A DNA stretch of 63,130 bases, the filler included, from Globobulimina sp. (taxonomy: Eukaryota): the NCBI GenBank assembly GCA_003354225.1. It is 57 parts of 57 records of this genome, joined end to end, with 100 filler letters (N's around TTAATTAATTAA, not from the genome) between each part and the next. Parts side by side here need not be neighbours in the genome. Positions count along the whole stretch, not along the records: positions 61,015 to 62,022 come from PIVH01025942.1; positions 62,123 to 63,130 come from PIVH01025943.1; 55 more parts are not named here. The stretch is one strand, 5' to 3'. The notes beneath the pieces were generated by a model. It made no database searches, was not told the DNA's origin, and was given only the letters and a program-made list of their open reading frames with translations. Positions 61,015-63,130 of the stretch are shown in pieces; position 1 is the first letter of the stretch; every line of letters begins with the position of its first letter. A program made the translations under genes and the position numbers.

Positions 61015-61868
61015 TAAGTCTCGGTACATTATACATTCAAATCAACGGAGTATCAAATCTCAAAATTCACCATCTTTTTTATTTTATTGCTGATTATCGC
61101 ATCACTTATTTGTATGTTTTTTTATCTCTATCATTTTGGTGAAGAATTTTCGAAGTTAAAATATTATATTTCAATAATTATGACCAATGAATTCATCATT
61201 TCTATTTATTTGGTTTCACTCTTTTTATTAAAATTAAGAAGTTTGGTTGTTGCACAAATTGAGGGCGAATTAAGTGACTTAAGGTAGTAATATGTGCATA
61301 AACATAATATCCAGAAACAATAATAATTCATAAGCACTATCAAAAACACTTATTATTTATTACTGATTCTCATATTATGTCGGAGCTATATCCGTTTATT
61401 ACCTTACTTTAAAGCCAACCATTAGTTACTTCGCAATCACATGGCTTCCCTACGGAACATAGTCAACGTATTAATACATACAAACGTCAAACGTCGATAA
61501 TTGATAAATTTATAAAAACAAAACATGAGAAATTCATAAATGTTATAACCAGACACACAATATTGAGTTTAGTAGCAATTGTATGCGCACAACCATTATT
61601 TTATGGGATGGAATTAGTACAAATACTCGCTTTGAAAGACGGACCAACACATACTTCCTTTCAAATTATGTATGCTCTGAGATCCATTGAATTAACCATT
61701 GAAAGTATTGCCTTATATCTATCATTTAAATTTTATACTAAAACATATTTTAAAATATGTCGTTGCTGTCATATTCAATGTTATAACTGCTGCACATATT
61801 GCACAAAAATGGAAGCTGTCAAATTATCAAAGTCAACACCCTCTGTTTCATATAGAATATTATTGTAA
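61015..61868 (+). pseudogene. 7TM-like protein C-terminal part, interrupted (introns or stops)
   Basis: LFLLKL loop motif and LYLSFKF....Y...C..CH..C..CC tail, same family style as 26641-27253. Confidence 0.55.
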
Positions 61869-63130
61869 ATATAAAATTAAATTTGTTTTTTCATTATACA
61901 TCAAACTTCGTTAGATTCCGAACTAAGGTTTTCAGCTAGTTTTATCATCTGTTTGTGCCTAACATCTACTTTTTTATAAACATATGAAATAAATGCAAGT
62001 AGAAATGATAAAACAGCACCAANNNNNNNNNNNNNNNNNNNNNNNNNNNNNNNNNNNNNNNNNNNNTTAATTAATTAANNNNNNNNNNNNNNNNNNNNNN
62101 NNNNNNNNNNNNNNNNNNNNNNGCAGTTTTTAATCTTAGGGGTTTCCGATAAGTAAGGTCACAGTTGTGAAGTTTTGGCGCTGGTCAACACTTCATTTTT
62201 TGAAACTTTTTGAGATCTTTTCAAAACATCGACGTCAAACCCAACTTTGTCAAACAAAGATTAGAAATCAGTTGTCCCATCACCTAGGAACTGAATCCAC
62301 TGAATCTCGCGGGACTTGACAAGAAATACCACGATTTACGCATTGAGAGTATGTATACACTGTCAGACATCATATTTTGTTTCTAATTAATAATTTTACA
62401 GTGCAAGTAAAGACAAAAAAAGAACAGTACAATGGATTATGGATGAATCCGTAGCACGCAATGTGACTGTTGGTGATGTTGTGATTAGTTCCTCCATAAA
62501 TTGTAGTGGTAGTATAATATAAGCAAATCATATTTTCGCAGCATTTATTTACTTCGTATATCATACAATTATCAAAACAAAAATTATTAAAATGCAAAAC
62601 TATATTTATCATTTGTGAATGGAGAGAATTCATCAATATTTCAAACTGATATTAACTTAAAATCAAAGACAAAGTATTATAAAAATAAGTAATTTACAGT
62701 GGAAAACAATGTATGGAATTTAATATTACAATTTAACCAACTCAGTAATAGAACCGTTTTGATTGAATATGGTCATTTACATACATATGGAAGAGGGACA
62801 AATATAAATTATAATTTGGAGGGTAAAACAAATCGATTATTTATGTCAAATTTAGCATAAAGAAAATAAGTGATCAAAGCAGGATTGACATCGCATTTAT
62901 TGATGGTCAAAGTGGAAACTGGAAAGGTATACAAATGGAAAAAGTAATGAAGTTTCTTGTCAAGAACCGCGAAAATGTGATTAAAGTGTGTAAATATTCA
63001 TTGGTAATCGATCCATAACATAATATTTGATATTTCCATTTTTGTCGTAAAAAGTGCAAAAAACGCATTGCTAGTATGTTCAAAGTACTTCAAAGTAGAT
63101 GGTCAAATTATGCTGTTTTTCACAACTGTG

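Noticed and set aside
1011..62122. Regularly spaced TTAATTAATTAA repeat resembling an array or CRISPR
   Set aside because: Artificial six-frame-stop linker embedded in N runs; the '...LIN' peptide ends are artefacts

Overview
This is not a contiguous locus. It is 57 unrelated short contigs (1010, then 1009, then 1008 bp, i.e. length-sorted) joined by an artificial N44-TTAATTAATTAA-N44 spacer with stops in all six frames, so neighbouring contigs carry no synteny information and ORFs ending '...XXXLIN' are contig-truncated. Most contigs look like an AT-rich protist genome with short (about 60-90 nt) GT-AG introns and the standard code. The gene repertoire (divergent G-alpha, Kelch, RCC1, SAM, 7TM-like, TxxP mucin receptors, many frameshifted copies) suggests a rhizarian, probably a foraminiferan (inference). 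Recognisable eukaryotic genes: V-ATPase G, NLE1/RSA4, Rab18, beta-adaptin appendage, COPA, CCT7, HDHD2/LHPP, oligoribonuclease, rhomboid, kinesin, USP, Patched/NPC1-like, DHHC, CAP-Gly. Mobile DNA: DIRS-type RT/RNaseH and tyrosine recombinase, an LTR gag-protease fragment, a dispersed MITE family and a ~1 kb TIR element carrying a cargo ORF. Non-host contigs: a T4-gp41-like phage helicase, an NCLDV-type endonuclease, a bacterial sulfatase, a bacterial lipoprotein and a GH127 fragment that is apparently chimeric with host DNA. Best leads: a Rab18-NZF zinc-finger fusion, an ADP-ribosyltransferase-like family, the cargo-bearing Kolobok-like TIR element, a recurrent LxxGYI...PxxLxxLIxxY module and a mucin receptor with a PB1-like tail.
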